From the NCBI GenBank assembly GCA_937124545.1, contig CAKZKU010000116.1, forward strand, positions 21,336-85,335: a stretch of DNA of 64,000 bases, read 5' to 3'. Source of the stretch: an uncultured Microbacteriaceae bacterium. GTDB taxonomy: Bacteria > Actinomycetota > Actinomycetes > Actinomycetales > Microbacteriaceae. The notes under the pieces were generated by a model. The model worked only from the letters and a program-made list of their open reading frames with translations. It was not told the origin of the DNA and did no database searches. The position numbers and the translations under genes are program-made. Positions 29,784-40,528 of the stretch are shown piece by piece (position 1 is the stretch's first letter; the number at the start of each line of letters is the position of its first letter).

Positions 29784-32345
29784 GTGATGAATTCCCCCGT
29801 GAGCCCCGATTCTGACAGCGAGGGGACCTACAACTTCCGCGACCTCGAAGCAAAATGGTCAGCGTATTGGGAAGAGCACCAACCTTTCACGGTGGACGAC
29901 GCGGATGACTCTCAGCCCCGCAAGTACATCCTCGACATGTTCCCTTACCCCTCGGGCGATCTGCACATGGGTCACGCGGAGGTCTATGCCCTGGGCGACA
30001 TAGTCGCCCGCTACTGGCGTTTGCGGGGCTTCCAAGTGTTGCACCCGATTGGCTGGGACTCTTTTGGTTTACCGGCGGAAAACGCCGCCATTCAACGCGG
30101 AGTGGACCCTCGGGAGTGGACGTACTCCAACATTGACCAACAAAAAGCTTCGATGAAGCGCTATGCCGCATCGTTTGACTGGAGCCGGGTGCTTCACACC
30201 TCGGACCCAGAGTATTACCGCTGGAACCAGTGGCTGTTTTTGACCCTGTACGAAAAGGGGCTCGCATACCGCAAGGATTCCTGGGTCAACTGGGACCCGG
30301 TCGATCAGACGGTGCTCGCCAACGAGCAGGTGCTGCCGGATGGAACCTCCGATCGCAGTGGCGCGATGGTGATCAAAAAGAAACTGACCCAGTGGTACTT
30401 CAAAATCACCGATTACGCCGACCGGCTACTCGATGACCTCAACCAGCTCGAGGGTCGCTGGCCTGCCAAGGTTCTCGCGATGCAGCGCAACTGGATTGGC
30501 CGCTCGTACGGCGCGGAAGTCGACTTTGTCATCGAGGGCCGGGATACACCGGTCACCATCTTCACCACTCGGCCGGACACGCTTTTTGGCGCAACATTCA
30601 TGGTGGTCGCTCCGGATTCAAATCTTGCCGCCGAGCTCGTGGAGGGCGCCAGCGACGGTGTTCGGGCAGCATTTGCCGATTACCTCGAGACAACCCAGCG
30701 GGCTACTGAGATTGATCGCCAAGACGCTGGGCGCGAGAAGACCGGGGTGTTCCTGGAGCGGTACGGCATTAACCCTGTCAACGGTGAGCGCTTGCCGATT
30801 TGGGCCTCTGACTACGTGTTGGCCGACTACGGTACGGGCGCGATTATGGCGGTTCCCGCCCACGACCAGCGCGACCTTGATTTTGCGAAGAAGTTTGATC
30901 TTCCGGTGAGGGTCGTAGTGGATACGAATGCCCCCATCACCGGCGCCATTCCGGTCGTTACCGATGAGATGTTGGCCTCCGGTGAGATTCCGGATTTGGA
31001 TCCGGTCGCCAGCGGGGAAGCGCTTGCGGGCAACGGGCGAATGATCAATTCGGGCCCTCTGGATGGTCTCAGCAAGGACCACGCCATCGGTCGGATTGTG
31101 GAGTTGCTCGAGGAGACGGGTGGTGGTCGCGCGGCAAAGACGTATCGACTGCGCGACTGGTTGATTTCGCGCCAACGATTTTGGGGAACACCGATCCCGA
31201 TCATGTACGACGCGGAGGGCAACGAGGTCCCAGTCGAGCTCGAAGACCTGCCCGTTGCTCTGCCTGACAGCGAGGGTCTTGATCTGAAACCTAAGGGGAC
31301 ATCGCCTTTGGGCGGTGCGACAGAGTGGTCGACAGTCACCAAAGACGGGGAGACGCTCACGCGTGACCCCGACACCATGGACACCTTTGTGGATAGCTCG
31401 TGGTACTTTCTTCGATTCTTGAGCCCGCGAGATGACACACAAGCGTTCGACCCCACGAAAGTTGAGCAGTGGGCTCCGGTCGACCAGTACGTCGGTGGCG
31501 TCGAACACGCAATCTTGCACCTGCTTTACGCACGATTCATCACGAAGGTGCTCTTTGATTTGGGCCACATCTCGTTCACGGAGCCCTTTACGTCCTTGCT
31601 CAACCAGGGGATGGTCATCCTTGATGGCGCGAAGATGAGTAAGTCCAAAGGGAACGTTGTGTATTTCAGTGAAGAGCTCGATTCCTATGGTGTGGATGCC
31701 GTTCGCCTCACCATGGCCTTCGCCGGGCCGCCGGAGGATGACATCGACTGGGCCGATGTTTCACCGGTGGGATCTCAAAAGTTTTTGGCGAGAGCGTGGC
31801 GCCTTTCCGGCGATGTCACGTCCGCTGTGGGAGTGAATTTCGGCAATGGTGACGCAGACTTACGTCGTCACACACACCGGTTCCTTGCCGATGTGCCCGG
31901 ACTTATTGAAAGCTTCAAATTCAATGTGGTGGTTGCTCGGACTATGGAAATGGTCAATCACACGCGAAAAACCGTTGACCAGGGTCCCGGTGGTGCTGAT
32001 CCTGCTGTTCGTGAAGCCACCGAAGCGATTGCTCTTGCTTTGTCCTTGTTCGCCCCGCATACGGCAGAAGACATGTGGGAGCGGCTGGGCCACGAGCCCA
32101 GCGTGGCACTGTCCCGTTGGCCCAGCGCTGATCACACCCTGCTGGTGCAGGAATCGGTGACCGCAATTGTCCAGGTGGATGGCAAGTTGCGCGACCGTCT
32201 CGAAGTGTCTCCTGTGATCGACCCCGATGAACTGGAGGCGCTCGCGAAAGAAGCCCCCGGTGTAAAGAGATCTCTCGAGGGGAAAACGATCGTGAAGGTT
32301 ATTGTGCGAGCCCCAAAGGTGGTCTCCATCCAAACATCCAGCTAA
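29784..32345 (+). CDS. leuS: Leucine--tRNA ligase
   Basis: [52 protein letters not shown]. Confidence 0.97.
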   Translation: MMNSPVSPDSDSEGTYNFRDLEAKWSAYWEEHQPFTVDDADDSQPRKYILDMFPYPSGDLHMGHAEVYALGDIVARYWRLRGFQVLHPIGWDSFGLPAENAAIQRGVDPREWTYSNIDQQKASMKRYAASFDWSRVLHTSDPEYYRWNQWLFLTLYEKGLAYRKDSWVNWDPVDQTVLANEQVLPDGTSDRSGAMVIKKKLTQWYFKITDYADRLLDDLNQLEGRWPAKVLAMQRNWIGRSYGAEVDFVIEGRDTPVTIFTTRPDTLFGATFMVVAPDSNLAAELVEGASDGVRAAFADYLETTQRATEIDRQDAGREKTGVFLERYGINPVNGERLPIWASDYVLADYGTGAIMAVPAHDQRDLDFAKKFDLPVRVVVDTNAPITGAIPVVTDEMLASGEIPDLDPVASGEALAGNGRMINSGPLDGLSKDHAIGRIVELLEETGGGRAAKTYRLRDWLISRQRFWGTPIPIMYDAEGNEVPVELEDLPVALPDSEGLDLKPKGTSPLGGATEWSTVTKDGETLTRDPDTMDTFVDSSWYFLRFLSPRDDTQAFDPTKVEQWAPVDQYVGGVEHAILHLLYARFITKVLFDLGHISFTEPFTSLLNQGMVILDGAKMSKSKGNVVYFSEELDSYGVDAVRLTMAFAGPPEDDIDWADVSPVGSQKFLARAWRLSGDVTSAVGVNFGNGDADLRRHTHRFLADVPGLIESFKFNVVVARTMEMVNHTRKTVDQGPGGADPAVREATEAIALALSLFAPHTAEDMWERLGHEPSVALSRWPSADHTLLVQESVTAIVQVDGKLRDRLEVSPVIDPDELEALAKEAPGVKRSLEGKTIVKVIVRAPKVVSIQTSS

Positions 32346-32431
32346 CCGTCCACACGGCGACCACACGGCCCTGTTTACTGGACCTCGGTCGACCATCACG
32401 GTGAGACCGGCGTGTCCCTTAGAGTCCGCGA

Positions 32432-33124
32432 ATGACGCTGACTCGAACGCTCTGGAACATTCTTGATTCCCGGGAGGAGATACCCTCCGTCGTTGACACG
32501 CAGGACCCGGACGTGGAGGGCGCCTATTTTGGGGCGGAGCGCTCCAGGTTTCGGTGGAAAATTGGCATCACGGCGGGAATCGCCCTGGCCGGCGCGGTCG
32601 CCATTGTTGTTGTGGGTGCCTTCTTTTTCCGTACCGCAAGCCCTGCTGCTGAACCGGTTGACGCTCTTGTCCCTTCCGCGCCGGGGATGGAAACACCGCC
32701 AACCGTTGAAACAACGGAGCTCGTGGTGCACGTTGTTGGCGCCGTGGTTCGACCCGGAGTCGTGAGGCTTCCCGAGTTCTCCCGGGTTGAGGATGCACTC
32801 GCGCAGGCCGGCGGGCCGACAGCAGAGGCACAGCTGAGCGGGGTTAACCTTGCCCGCGAAATTTTTGACGGGGAGCAAATTGTGGTTCCGGTGTGGGGCC
32901 AGGAGGTTTCTGCCGCTACTGGTTCGGGGTCGGGGCCCATCAGCCTCTCGCGGGCAGACCAAGCCGCCTTGGAGACTTTGCCCCGAGTTGGCCCGGCGAC
33001 CGCCCAGCGCATTATCGCCTGGCGGGAGTCCAATGGCCCCTTCCGGAGCGTGGAGGACCTCTTGGCGGTGTCAGGAATTGGTCCGGCGACGCTGGAGGGG
33101 CTTGCTGACCTCGTTGTTCCGTGA
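32432..33124 (+). CDS. comEA: Competence DNA receptor ComEA
   Basis: TM helix, SLBB domain (VVHVVGAVVRPGV, VNLAREIFDGEQI) and HhH motifs (LPRVGPATA, VSGIGP). Confidence 0.92.
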   Translation: MTLTRTLWNILDSREEIPSVVDTQDPDVEGAYFGAERSRFRWKIGITAGIALAGAVAIVVVGAFFFRTASPAAEPVDALVPSAPGMETPPTVETTELVVHVVGAVVRPGVVRLPEFSRVEDALAQAGGPTAEAQLSGVNLAREIFDGEQIVVPVWGQEVSAATGSGSGPISLSRADQAALETLPRVGPATAQRIIAWRESNGPFRSVEDLLAVSGIGPATLEGLADLVVP

Positions 33125-35439
33125 GCTCACCAGTCGCCCCGGTGAGGAGAGATGTCCGCCTCCTGTTCCCCGCACTGTGGGGGTGGTTGGTGTGCGCACT
33201 GGGAATTTGGTCGAGACCCGGGGTGGTGTGGCTGGTGCTCATTGCGGCGTGTTCGGTTGCGCTGGCGGGGTGGGCGTGGAAAAGCAGAAGAGAAATCGCT
33301 GGGATGGCTGCTCTGACAGGAATGATCACCTCGGCGATGCTCGGAGCAATATTGCTGGGTGAAATCACTCGGGAGCAACCGCTCGTGATTCAGGCTGCTG
33401 GCTCCCCGGTGGTAGCCGACATTCGCTTGGAACAGGGCTTCTCAGTCGGGATGCGCTCCGTCGACGTTCGGATACTCAGAATCGATGAACAAGCACTGAC
33501 CGGTGGCGGTGTTTCCGCGCGGCTCCTCGGCTTCCCGTTTGATCGTCGGGTCGCTTTTGGTGGCGAGGCGCGCGTTGAGGCTTTTTTGCAACAGGCGGGC
33601 CCAACCGACAACGCTGGGTGGGTTTTGATGGCGCGGGGCGTAGCCACGACAGTCCGGGAACCCGGTCCTTTTCTCTCTGCTATCGACGGCATGAGGCAGG
33701 GGCTCGTGTCCCTGTCACGTGAAGAGCCTGGGGATGGTGGCCGACTCTTGCCCGGTCTGGCGATTGGCGACACATCCGCTGTTGACCGAGGCCTCCTGGA
33801 GGCAATGCGCGTGACATCGCTCAGCCATCTTGTGGCCGTATCGGGCTCCAATTGCGCGATCGTTGTGGCCATCGTTGTCGCACTGGTGGCGCTATTGGGT
33901 GGTGGCGTTTGGGCCCGTCTGATTGCCGGAGTGTTGGCGCTGGTCGGCTTTGTGATCCTGGTGACTCCCGAGCCCAGCATTATTCGGGCCTCAATCATGG
34001 CGGCCATAGTTTTGGCTTTCATCGCCTCTGCTCGACCTGTTAGGGGAATACCGGTTCTCGGAGTAACCGTGCTGATTTTGTTGGCCATCAACCCCTGGAT
34101 GGCCCTAGATTTTGCGTTTGCTCTCTCCGTCATGGCAACCGGCGGAATCCTGCTGTTTTCCGTTCCACTCGCAAAAAAGTTCGGGCGGTTTCTGCCGGCA
34201 CCAGTGGCGTTAATTCTGGCCCTGCCAGTGGCCGCGCAGATAGCGTGCCAGCCCATTTTGATTCTGCTTAATCCCGTCATCCCGGTTCTTGCGGTGCCAG
34301 CCAACGCTCTCGCCGCACCGGCTGCGCCGCTCGCCACGATTATCGGCATGGTGGCCTGCGTGTTCGCCGGCGTCCTTCCCGATCTTTCGGCAAGTTTGGT
34401 GGGCGTTGCCTGGTGGCCTTCTGCTTACATAGCGGCGATTGGCCGGGCTCTTTCTGCGGCCCCGTTTGCAACGCTTCCGTGGCCTACTGGTTGGTGGGGA
34501 GTGCTCTCGAGCGCTTCGCTCGGTTACCTCGCCCTCGGGTGGTTTTTGCTCAAACGTGGCAAGCATCGGAAGATTCGTCGCGTGATGGCGGTGGCGTGGA
34601 GTGCGGTGGCTCTGGCCGTGATGATGGGATTTCTTGCCCCGCGCGCACTCGTGAAAGCGAGTGTTCCCAACGATTGGACGATCGCGCAGTGCGATGTTGG
34701 GCAGGGGGATGCCCTGCTCCTGCGCTCGGGTGGCCGCGTGGTACTCATTGACATGGGAGAGGACCCAAGGCTCCTGACCGAATGCTTGGACTTACTAGGA
34801 ATTCAACAGATTGATTTGGCCATAATCAGCCACTTCGACCGAGACCACGTGGGGGGATGGCCGGCGATCGCCGGCAGGGCAATCACGGTCTGGCGGGGGC
34901 CTGCCCTCGTCGAGGAGGACCGCGACATTTCTCGGGCTCTGCAGCTATCTGGTGCGACGGTTATCGAAGTGTCTGCCGGGGATTCCGCGATCCTTGGCTC
35001 GCACGCGGTGGAAGTGTTGTGGCCGGGAGGGTTAGAGCTCTCAGAGCCCGGAAACGATTCCAGTGTCGTGGTGGCGGCCCGACCCCTCGCGGAGTGTGTC
35101 CGTTGCCTGTCGGGGCTGTTCCTGGGGGATATTGGCGAGATTCCGCAGAGAATTTTGGTGGGGAGGGAGAGCCTTCCCAGCGTCGACGTCGTGAAGGTCA
35201 GCCACCACGGCTCGGCCGACCAGTTCTCGGGCCTCTACGCGCACGTCAACGCGCGAGTAGGGCTCATGGGGGTGGGGGCGGATAACACCTATGGTCACCC
35301 GACAGAGGTGGCGTTAGACATCTTGAACGCTCAGGGCTCGACTCCTTTGCGTTCTGACGAGCGCGGCACACTCACGCTGAGCCGCAACGCCGAGGGGGAC
35401 ATTGTGTTCTGGGCAGAGCGCGAAGCTGGCCCCGGGTAG
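33121..35439 (+). CDS. comEC: Competence channel ComEC/Rec2
   Basis: LSHLVAVSGSN, PSIIRA, CDVGQGDA, SHFDRDH, KVSHHGS, NTYGHP. Confidence 0.93.
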   Translation: MSSPVAPVRRDVRLLFPALWGWLVCALGIWSRPGVVWLVLIAACSVALAGWAWKSRREIAGMAALTGMITSAMLGAILLGEITREQPLVIQAAGSPVVADIRLEQGFSVGMRSVDVRILRIDEQALTGGGVSARLLGFPFDRRVAFGGEARVEAFLQQAGPTDNAGWVLMARGVATTVREPGPFLSAIDGMRQGLVSLSREEPGDGGRLLPGLAIGDTSAVDRGLLEAMRVTSLSHLVAVSGSNCAIVVAIVVALVALLGGGVWARLIAGVLALVGFVILVTPEPSIIRASIMAAIVLAFIASARPVRGIPVLGVTVLILLAINPWMALDFAFALSVMATGGILLFSVPLAKKFGRFLPAPVALILALPVAAQIACQPILILLNPVIPVLAVPANALAAPAAPLATIIGMVACVFAGVLPDLSASLVGVAWWPSAYIAAIGRALSAAPFATLPWPTGWWGVLSSASLGYLALGWFLLKRGKHRKIRRVMAVAWSAVALAVMMGFLAPRALVKASVPNDWTIAQCDVGQGDALLLRSGGRVVLIDMGEDPRLLTECLDLLGIQQIDLAIISHFDRDHVGGWPAIAGRAITVWRGPALVEEDRDISRALQLSGATVIEVSAGDSAILGSHAVEVLWPGGLELSEPGNDSSVVVAARPLAECVRCLSGLFLGDIGEIPQRILVGRESLPSVDVVKVSHHGSADQFSGLYAHVNARVGLMGVGADNTYGHPTEVALDILNAQGSTPLRSDERGTLTLSRNAEGDIVFWAEREAGPG

Positions 35440-35464
35440 TGTGGGCGCAGAGGGAGGCTTGGCC

Positions 35465-36469
35465 ATGGCGGGAAGCGCAGCAACACTCGTTCCTTGGCAT
35501 GGCATTCGTGAATCGCCGGTGGTTCTGGTCAGTGGTTCAGAATCCTTCCTTGCCGATCGAGCCATCCGCATCCTCTCGGATCGTTTGAAGTCGGCACACG
35601 ACGCCGTCGAGGTCTCGGATCTTGATGCCGCCGACTACGCCGGCGGGGAACTATTCCAGTTGGCGAGTCCCAGCCTGTTTGGCGAGCCGCGCTTTGTGCG
35701 GGTAACCCAGGTCGAAAAGTGCACGGATGCTTTTTTGGAGGACGCTCTGGCCTACCTCGCCAGTCCGGAACCTGACGTGGTGGTCGTCTTGCGCCACGGC
35801 GGTGGAAATCGCGGCAAAAAATTGCTGGACGCTCTCAAGAAGAGTGGCGACACGGTGCTGCTGGTCGAATGCAAAGAAATCAAAAAAGACGCCGAGCGCA
35901 TGGGTTTCATCTCCGCCGAGTTCCAACGGATGGGAGCCTCGATTGCGCCGGCTGCTCAGCGGGCACTGGCCGATGCTTTCAGTTCCGACCTCGCGGAACT
36001 CGCAGCTGCCTGCCAGCAACTGATTTCCGATGCGGAAGGTGCGCCGGTTACGGAAGAAACCGTAGAGCGCTATTACGGTTCGCGAGTCGAGGCGACGTCT
36101 TTCCAGGTGGCCGATTCGGCGATTTCTGGGAATTTCACCCAGGCAGCCGTGACCCTTCGGCAAGCCCTCGATGCTGGCGCTGAGCCGATTTTGATTGTGG
36201 CAGCGTTTGCGATGAAGCTGCGCGCGATGGCAAATGTCGGGGGAACTCGAGGCAGCAATGAGGCCCTCGCCAGTGAGTTGGGGATGGCTCCCTGGCAGGT
36301 GAGGGTCGCCCGAGGGAACCTCCAAGGCTGGGATGAGGCAGGCCTCGGCACAGCCATCCTGGAGGTGGCATCAACCGACGCGGCGCTTAAGGGACACGGA
36401 CTTAACCCGCACTATTCGCTCGAGCGGCTCGTCCGGATTGTCTCTCACCGGGGAAAAAAGCTGGTTTAG
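35465..36469 (+). CDS. holA: DNA polymerase III delta subunit
   Basis: ASPSLFGE, RHGGGNRGKKL, LGMAPWQV; follows comEC. Confidence 0.93.
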   Translation: MAGSAATLVPWHGIRESPVVLVSGSESFLADRAIRILSDRLKSAHDAVEVSDLDAADYAGGELFQLASPSLFGEPRFVRVTQVEKCTDAFLEDALAYLASPEPDVVVVLRHGGGNRGKKLLDALKKSGDTVLLVECKEIKKDAERMGFISAEFQRMGASIAPAAQRALADAFSSDLAELAAACQQLISDAEGAPVTEETVERYYGSRVEATSFQVADSAISGNFTQAAVTLRQALDAGAEPILIVAAFAMKLRAMANVGGTRGSNEALASELGMAPWQVRVARGNLQGWDEAGLGTAILEVASTDAALKGHGLNPHYSLERLVRIVSHRGKKLV

Positions 36470-36789
36470 CGCGCCTGTGCCGTGACGTGAGGAAAATTGC
36501 CGTCACCGTAGGTCGAATGAACTTCCGCGATAACCACGTGGTACCCGCCGTACCACTGGGCATATTTTTCTTTTGCCTCCCGATGTTGGGGGAACGCGGC
36601 AAACGTTCTCACCGCCTCCATCGTTTCGAAGAAATACACCCCGTTGACCTGTGACGAATCAGAGTTGAACCACGTGTCAGACCCTACGAATCCCTCGAGG
36701 CTGCGCGCATAGTCAGCGATGGCATCATCAAGCCTTTGGAATTCTTCATCGTGGTGGATGCGGGTGAACATGAACGAACACTGGAACAT
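36466..36789 (-). CDS. Antibiotic-biosynthesis-monooxygenase (ABM)-like protein
   Basis: GFVGSDTW, YFFETMEAV, HREAK...WYGGYHVVIAEV pattern; SD GGAAGG. Confidence 0.75.
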   Translation of the reverse strand: MFQCSFMFTRIHHDEEFQRLDDAIADYARSLEGFVGSDTWFNSDSSQVNGVYFFETMEAVRTFAAFPQHREAKEKYAQWYGGYHVVIAEVHSTYGDGNFPHVTAQAR

Positions 36790-36823
36790 GGCCTTATCCT
36801 TCCACCGATGCTTCGTGACTCAT

Positions 36824-36860
36824 AAAAAAACGGCGGGCGACCCCGAAGAGTCGCCCGCCG
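36824..36860 (-). terminator. Intrinsic terminator of rpsT
   Basis: Minus strand CGGCGGGCGAC-tcttcggg-GTCGCCCGCCG followed by T7. Confidence 0.92.
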
Positions 36861-36872
36861 CCATGAAACCTT

Positions 36873-37133
36873 CTACAGAGCAGCTGCCTGTTTCGCGATA
36901 GCGGACTTGCGGTTCGCTGCCTGGTTCTTGTGCACCACGCCTTTGCTGACTGCCTTGTCGAGCTTGCGACTCGCGGCGGTGACAGCGGCGGTTGCCTTGT
37001 CTTTGTCTCCGGCCTTGATGGCTTCGCGAGCCTGGCGCACGGAGGTGCGCACTTCACTGCGAACCGCGCGGTTGCGGTCGGTTGCTTTTTGGTTGGTCTT
37101 GTTGCGCTTGATTTGCGACTTGATGTTTGCCAC
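36873..37133 (-). CDS. rpsT: 30S ribosomal protein S20
   Basis: (M)[13 protein letters not shown]...[23 protein letters not shown] 37133 after AAGGA. Confidence 0.97.
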   Translation of the reverse strand: MANIKSQIKRNKTNQKATDRNRAVRSEVRTSVRQAREAIKAGDKDKATAAVTAASRKLDKAVSKGVVHKNQAANRKSAIAKQAAAL

Positions 37134-37304
37134 TCGGTGTCCTTTTTTGCTGTGGTGCCTGGGGAACATTCGTGTGGGATTCCCAAAGAGGGAGAATGTG
37201 TTCTTAGCGGCGGGAGAGAGGGCCCATCGCTAAGCAGGCCAGTGGGCAACGATACCAGGTGGATGCGCAGGCTGCCACCGTTTGTCGTGGGACAATCAAC
37301 ACAC

Positions 37305-39155
37305 ATGACTTCTCACTCCGCTAGCGATATTCAGCCGGCGTCCACCGATACGTGGCGTCTGCGCAATTTCTGCATCATTGCTCACATTGATCACGGTAAA
37401 TCGACGTTGGCCGACCGGATGCTCCAGATCACAGGAATCGTCGAGCAGCGCCAGATGCGTGAGCAGTATCTCGACCGTATGGATATCGAGCGCGAGCGCG
37501 GGATCACTATCAAGTCGCAGGCCGTGCGTATGCCGTGGACGAAAGAGGGGGAAACGTACGCCCTCAACATGATTGATACTCCTGGTCACGTCGACTTCAC
37601 CTACGAAGTGTCGCGCTCTCTGGCTGCGTGCGAGGGCGCCGTACTGCTGGTCGATGCCGCGCAGGGAATCGAGGCCCAGACCCTTGCCAACCTCTATTTG
37701 GCACTAGAAAATGACCTCAAAATTATTCCTGTTCTCAACAAAATTGACCTGCCCGCTGCAGACCCTGATCGCTACGCGAAAGAGCTCGCCAGTTTGATTG
37801 GCGGCTCACCGGATGATGTTTTGCGAGTGAGTGGTAAGACGGGCGTCGGGGTGAAGGAACTGCTCGACCGGGTCGTCCAGGAGATCCCGGAGCCCCAGGG
37901 TGTTGCTGATGCGCCTGCGCGCGCCCTGATTTTCGACTCTGTTTACGACGCTTATCGAGGCGTCATCACCTATGTGCGGATGGTCGACGGCAACCTTGGC
38001 CCGCGGGAGCGGATCGAAATGATGTCCACGAAAACCGAGCACGAACTGCTGGAAATTGGCGTGAGCTCTCCGGAGCCCACCCCATCCAAGGGTTTGGGTG
38101 TGGGCGAGGTGGGGTATCTCATCACGGGAGTGAAAGACGTTCGGCAGTCCAAGGTCGGCGACACGATCACCGGTGCCCGGCGAAGCGCCACCGAGTCTCT
38201 CCCCGGGTACACCGAGCCCAAGCCCATGGTTTTTTCTGGTCTTTACCCCCTAGATGGCAGTGACTATCCCGACTTGCGGGAGGCACTAGACAAGCTCAAG
38301 CTCTCCGATGCGGCCCTGGTTTACGAACCAGAAACCTCTGTCGCGCTGGGCTTCGGGTTCCGCTGCGGGTTCCTAGGGTTGCTCCACCTGGAAATCGTGA
38401 GCGAGCGGTTAGAGAGGGAATTTGGCCTCGAGCTCATCGCCACGGCTCCCTCGGTGGTGTACTCCGTAGAACTTGACGATGGCACAGACCTTCTTGTGAC
38501 AAACCCGAGTGAATTCCCCACCGGCAAGGTGAACACGGTCTTGGAGCCTGTCGTGAACGCTGCGGTTCTTGCCCCTAAAGACTATGTCGGGGTGATCATG
38601 GAGCTCTGCCAATCTCGTCGCGGTGTGCTGCAGGGAATGGAGTATCTCGGGGAAGACCGAGTGGAAATTCGGTACACAATTCCGCTGGGCGAGATTGTTT
38701 TCGACTTCTTCGATCAACTGAAATCAAAAACGGCCGGGTATGCCTCGCTGGATTACGAGCCTGCCGGCGATGCGGAAGGCGATCTTGTGAAAGTGGACAT
38801 CCTCCTTCAGGGTGATCGCGTGGATGCCTTTAGCGCGATTGTTCACCGAGACAAGGCCTATGCCTATGGCGTGCTGATGACCCAGCGTCTTCGAGAGTTG
38901 ATTCCTCGCCAGCAGTTTGAAGTGCCAATCCAAGCCGCGATCGGCGCGAGAATTATCGCCCGGGAAAACATTAGGGCCGTGCGCAAAGATGTCCTGGCGA
39001 AGTGTTACGGGGGCGATATCACTCGCAAGCGCAAGCTGTTGGAAAAGCAAAAAGAGGGTAAGAAGCGCATGAAAATGGTGGGTCGTGTCGAGGTTCCGCA
39101 GGACGCGTTTATCGCTGCCCTCTCCGGTGACGTGGAGAAGAAAAAAGAGAAGTAG
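37305..39155 (+). CDS. lepA: Elongation factor 4
   Basis: [54 protein letters not shown]. Confidence 0.97.
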   Translation: MTSHSASDIQPASTDTWRLRNFCIIAHIDHGKSTLADRMLQITGIVEQRQMREQYLDRMDIERERGITIKSQAVRMPWTKEGETYALNMIDTPGHVDFTYEVSRSLAACEGAVLLVDAAQGIEAQTLANLYLALENDLKIIPVLNKIDLPAADPDRYAKELASLIGGSPDDVLRVSGKTGVGVKELLDRVVQEIPEPQGVADAPARALIFDSVYDAYRGVITYVRMVDGNLGPRERIEMMSTKTEHELLEIGVSSPEPTPSKGLGVGEVGYLITGVKDVRQSKVGDTITGARRSATESLPGYTEPKPMVFSGLYPLDGSDYPDLREALDKLKLSDAALVYEPETSVALGFGFRCGFLGLLHLEIVSERLEREFGLELIATAPSVVYSVELDDGTDLLVTNPSEFPTGKVNTVLEPVVNAAVLAPKDYVGVIMELCQSRRGVLQGMEYLGEDRVEIRYTIPLGEIVFDFFDQLKSKTAGYASLDYEPAGDAEGDLVKVDILLQGDRVDAFSAIVHRDKAYAYGVLMTQRLRELIPRQQFEVPIQAAIGARIIARENIRAVRKDVLAKCYGGDITRKRKLLEKQKEGKKRMKMVGRVEVPQDAFIAALSGDVEKKKEK

Positions 39156-39158
39156 CGA

Positions 39159-39575
39159 ATGCCCACCAAACCCAACACCCTGTCGGAACGCGCCGTTGGT
39201 TCCCACCGTCTTATTGTTGCCACCTACGCGGTGTTGACCCTTGCAGGGTTGGGGAGATCCAGTTTTCAGGTGTTGACCAAGTTTGACGAAGCCCCGCTGG
39301 CGTACGTGTTGTCTGTTGTGGCGGCATCCCTCTATCTGGTCGTCACAATTTCGGTCGCACTAAGTGCCCGCAAAATTGCCCGTCTCGTCGCCGTGGTGGC
39401 CCTGGTGATTGAGCTTGCTGGGGTGCTCGGAGTAGGAGCGCTCAGTATTGTGCGCCCAGATTTGTTTCCCGACGCTACGGTCTGGTCTCAGTTTGGGATG
39501 GGCTATTTGTTCATTCCTCTGGTGTTGCCGATGCTGGGTTTGTGGTGGCTTCGGAAGGCTCCGGTGGCGTCGTGA
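39159..39575 (+). CDS. Four-TM membrane protein of unknown function
   Basis: Hydrophobic; YAVLTLAGLGRS, DATVWSQFGMGYLFIPLVLP. Confidence 0.8.
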   Translation: MPTKPNTLSERAVGSHRLIVATYAVLTLAGLGRSSFQVLTKFDEAPLAYVLSVVAASLYLVVTISVALSARKIARLVAVVALVIELAGVLGVGALSIVRPDLFPDATVWSQFGMGYLFIPLVLPMLGLWWLRKAPVAS

Positions 39576-40519
39576 GTCCCGTTGTCGTGAACTACGGGCT
39601 TGATTCTTTGCCCGGGGATGGACGCCGACGGGCGGTGACCATCGGCAAGTTTGACGGGGTTCATCGTGGTCACCTTCAGGTCCTCGGGCAGCTGACTTCC
39701 TTGGCGGGCAAAGCAGAGAGCACAGTCATCACTTTCGACCGCCACCCTCATGTGACTCTCCGTCCGGGAGAAGCTCCCGATCGTATTGTCAGCGATGGTC
39801 AGAAGGTGGAACTTCTCTCGAAGGCGGGGGTTGCGAGAGTGGTGGTGTTGCCTTTTGATGACGAGCTCTCGGCGCTCGATCATGCTGAATTCTCGAAGAC
39901 CGTCCTGGCCGAGGGCCTTTCCGCGGGTGTCGTGCTGGTCGGCGCCGACTTTCGCTACGGTCATGGCGGGAAAGGAACCATCGATTCTCTGCGTGAGGAG
40001 GGCATCCACTGGGGATTCCGCGTCGAAGTAGTGGCTGATTTCTGCCAGGAGGAGGGCCAGCGAATTTCGTCGACCATGGTCCGGCGACACTTGACTAATG
40101 GCGAAGTAGCTGAGGCGGCTAGCCTTCTGGGTCGCTACCACGCCCTGAGGGGCGAAGTGGGGGCGGGGGCTCAAAGGGGGCGCACAATGGGATATCCGAC
40201 TGCCAACCTTTCACAACCTCTCGAAGGCTACCTGCCAGCGGATGGCGTGTACGCGACGTTGGTAACCCACCAGGGGGTTTCCTATCCCGCTGCGACCTCG
40301 GTCGGCGTCAACCCCACCTTTGGTGAGTTGACCGAAAGTGTGGTGGAGTCGCACCTACTGGATCAGCGCCTCGATCTTTATGGCGAGACTATTTGCGTGG
40401 AGTTTGTGGAATTCATTCGAGGGATGCAGGTGTTCCCTTCTAGCGAGGCTCTGGCTGCGCAGATGAGCGCTGATGAACAGGTGATTCGGGGCATACTCTC
40501 CGACCTGCCCAGGGCGTAG
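39572..40519 (+). CDS. ribF: Bifunctional riboflavin kinase/FAD synthetase
   Basis: IGKFDGVHRGH, TFDRHP, VGADFRYG, ISST, GYPTAN, VGVNPTF. Confidence 0.96.
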   Translation: MSPVVVNYGLDSLPGDGRRRAVTIGKFDGVHRGHLQVLGQLTSLAGKAESTVITFDRHPHVTLRPGEAPDRIVSDGQKVELLSKAGVARVVVLPFDDELSALDHAEFSKTVLAEGLSAGVVLVGADFRYGHGGKGTIDSLREEGIHWGFRVEVVADFCQEEGQRISSTMVRRHLTNGEVAEAASLLGRYHALRGEVGAGAQRGRTMGYPTANLSQPLEGYLPADGVYATLVTHQGVSYPAATSVGVNPTFGELTESVVESHLLDQRLDLYGETICVEFVEFIRGMQVFPSSEALAAQMSADEQVIRGILSDLPRA

Positions 40520-40528
40520 TCTGGGCCG

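Noticed and set aside
30618..31568. 316-aa antisense ORF inside leuS
   Set aside because: Antisense shadow typical of GC-rich coding DNA, with no recognisable motifs
33390..34349. 319-aa antisense ORF inside comEC
   Set aside because: Ala/Thr/Arg-rich mirror of a hydrophobic gene
36930..37304. 125-aa N-terminal extension of LepA in the ORF track
   Set aside because: It overlaps rpsT on the opposite strand; the likely start is ATG 37305
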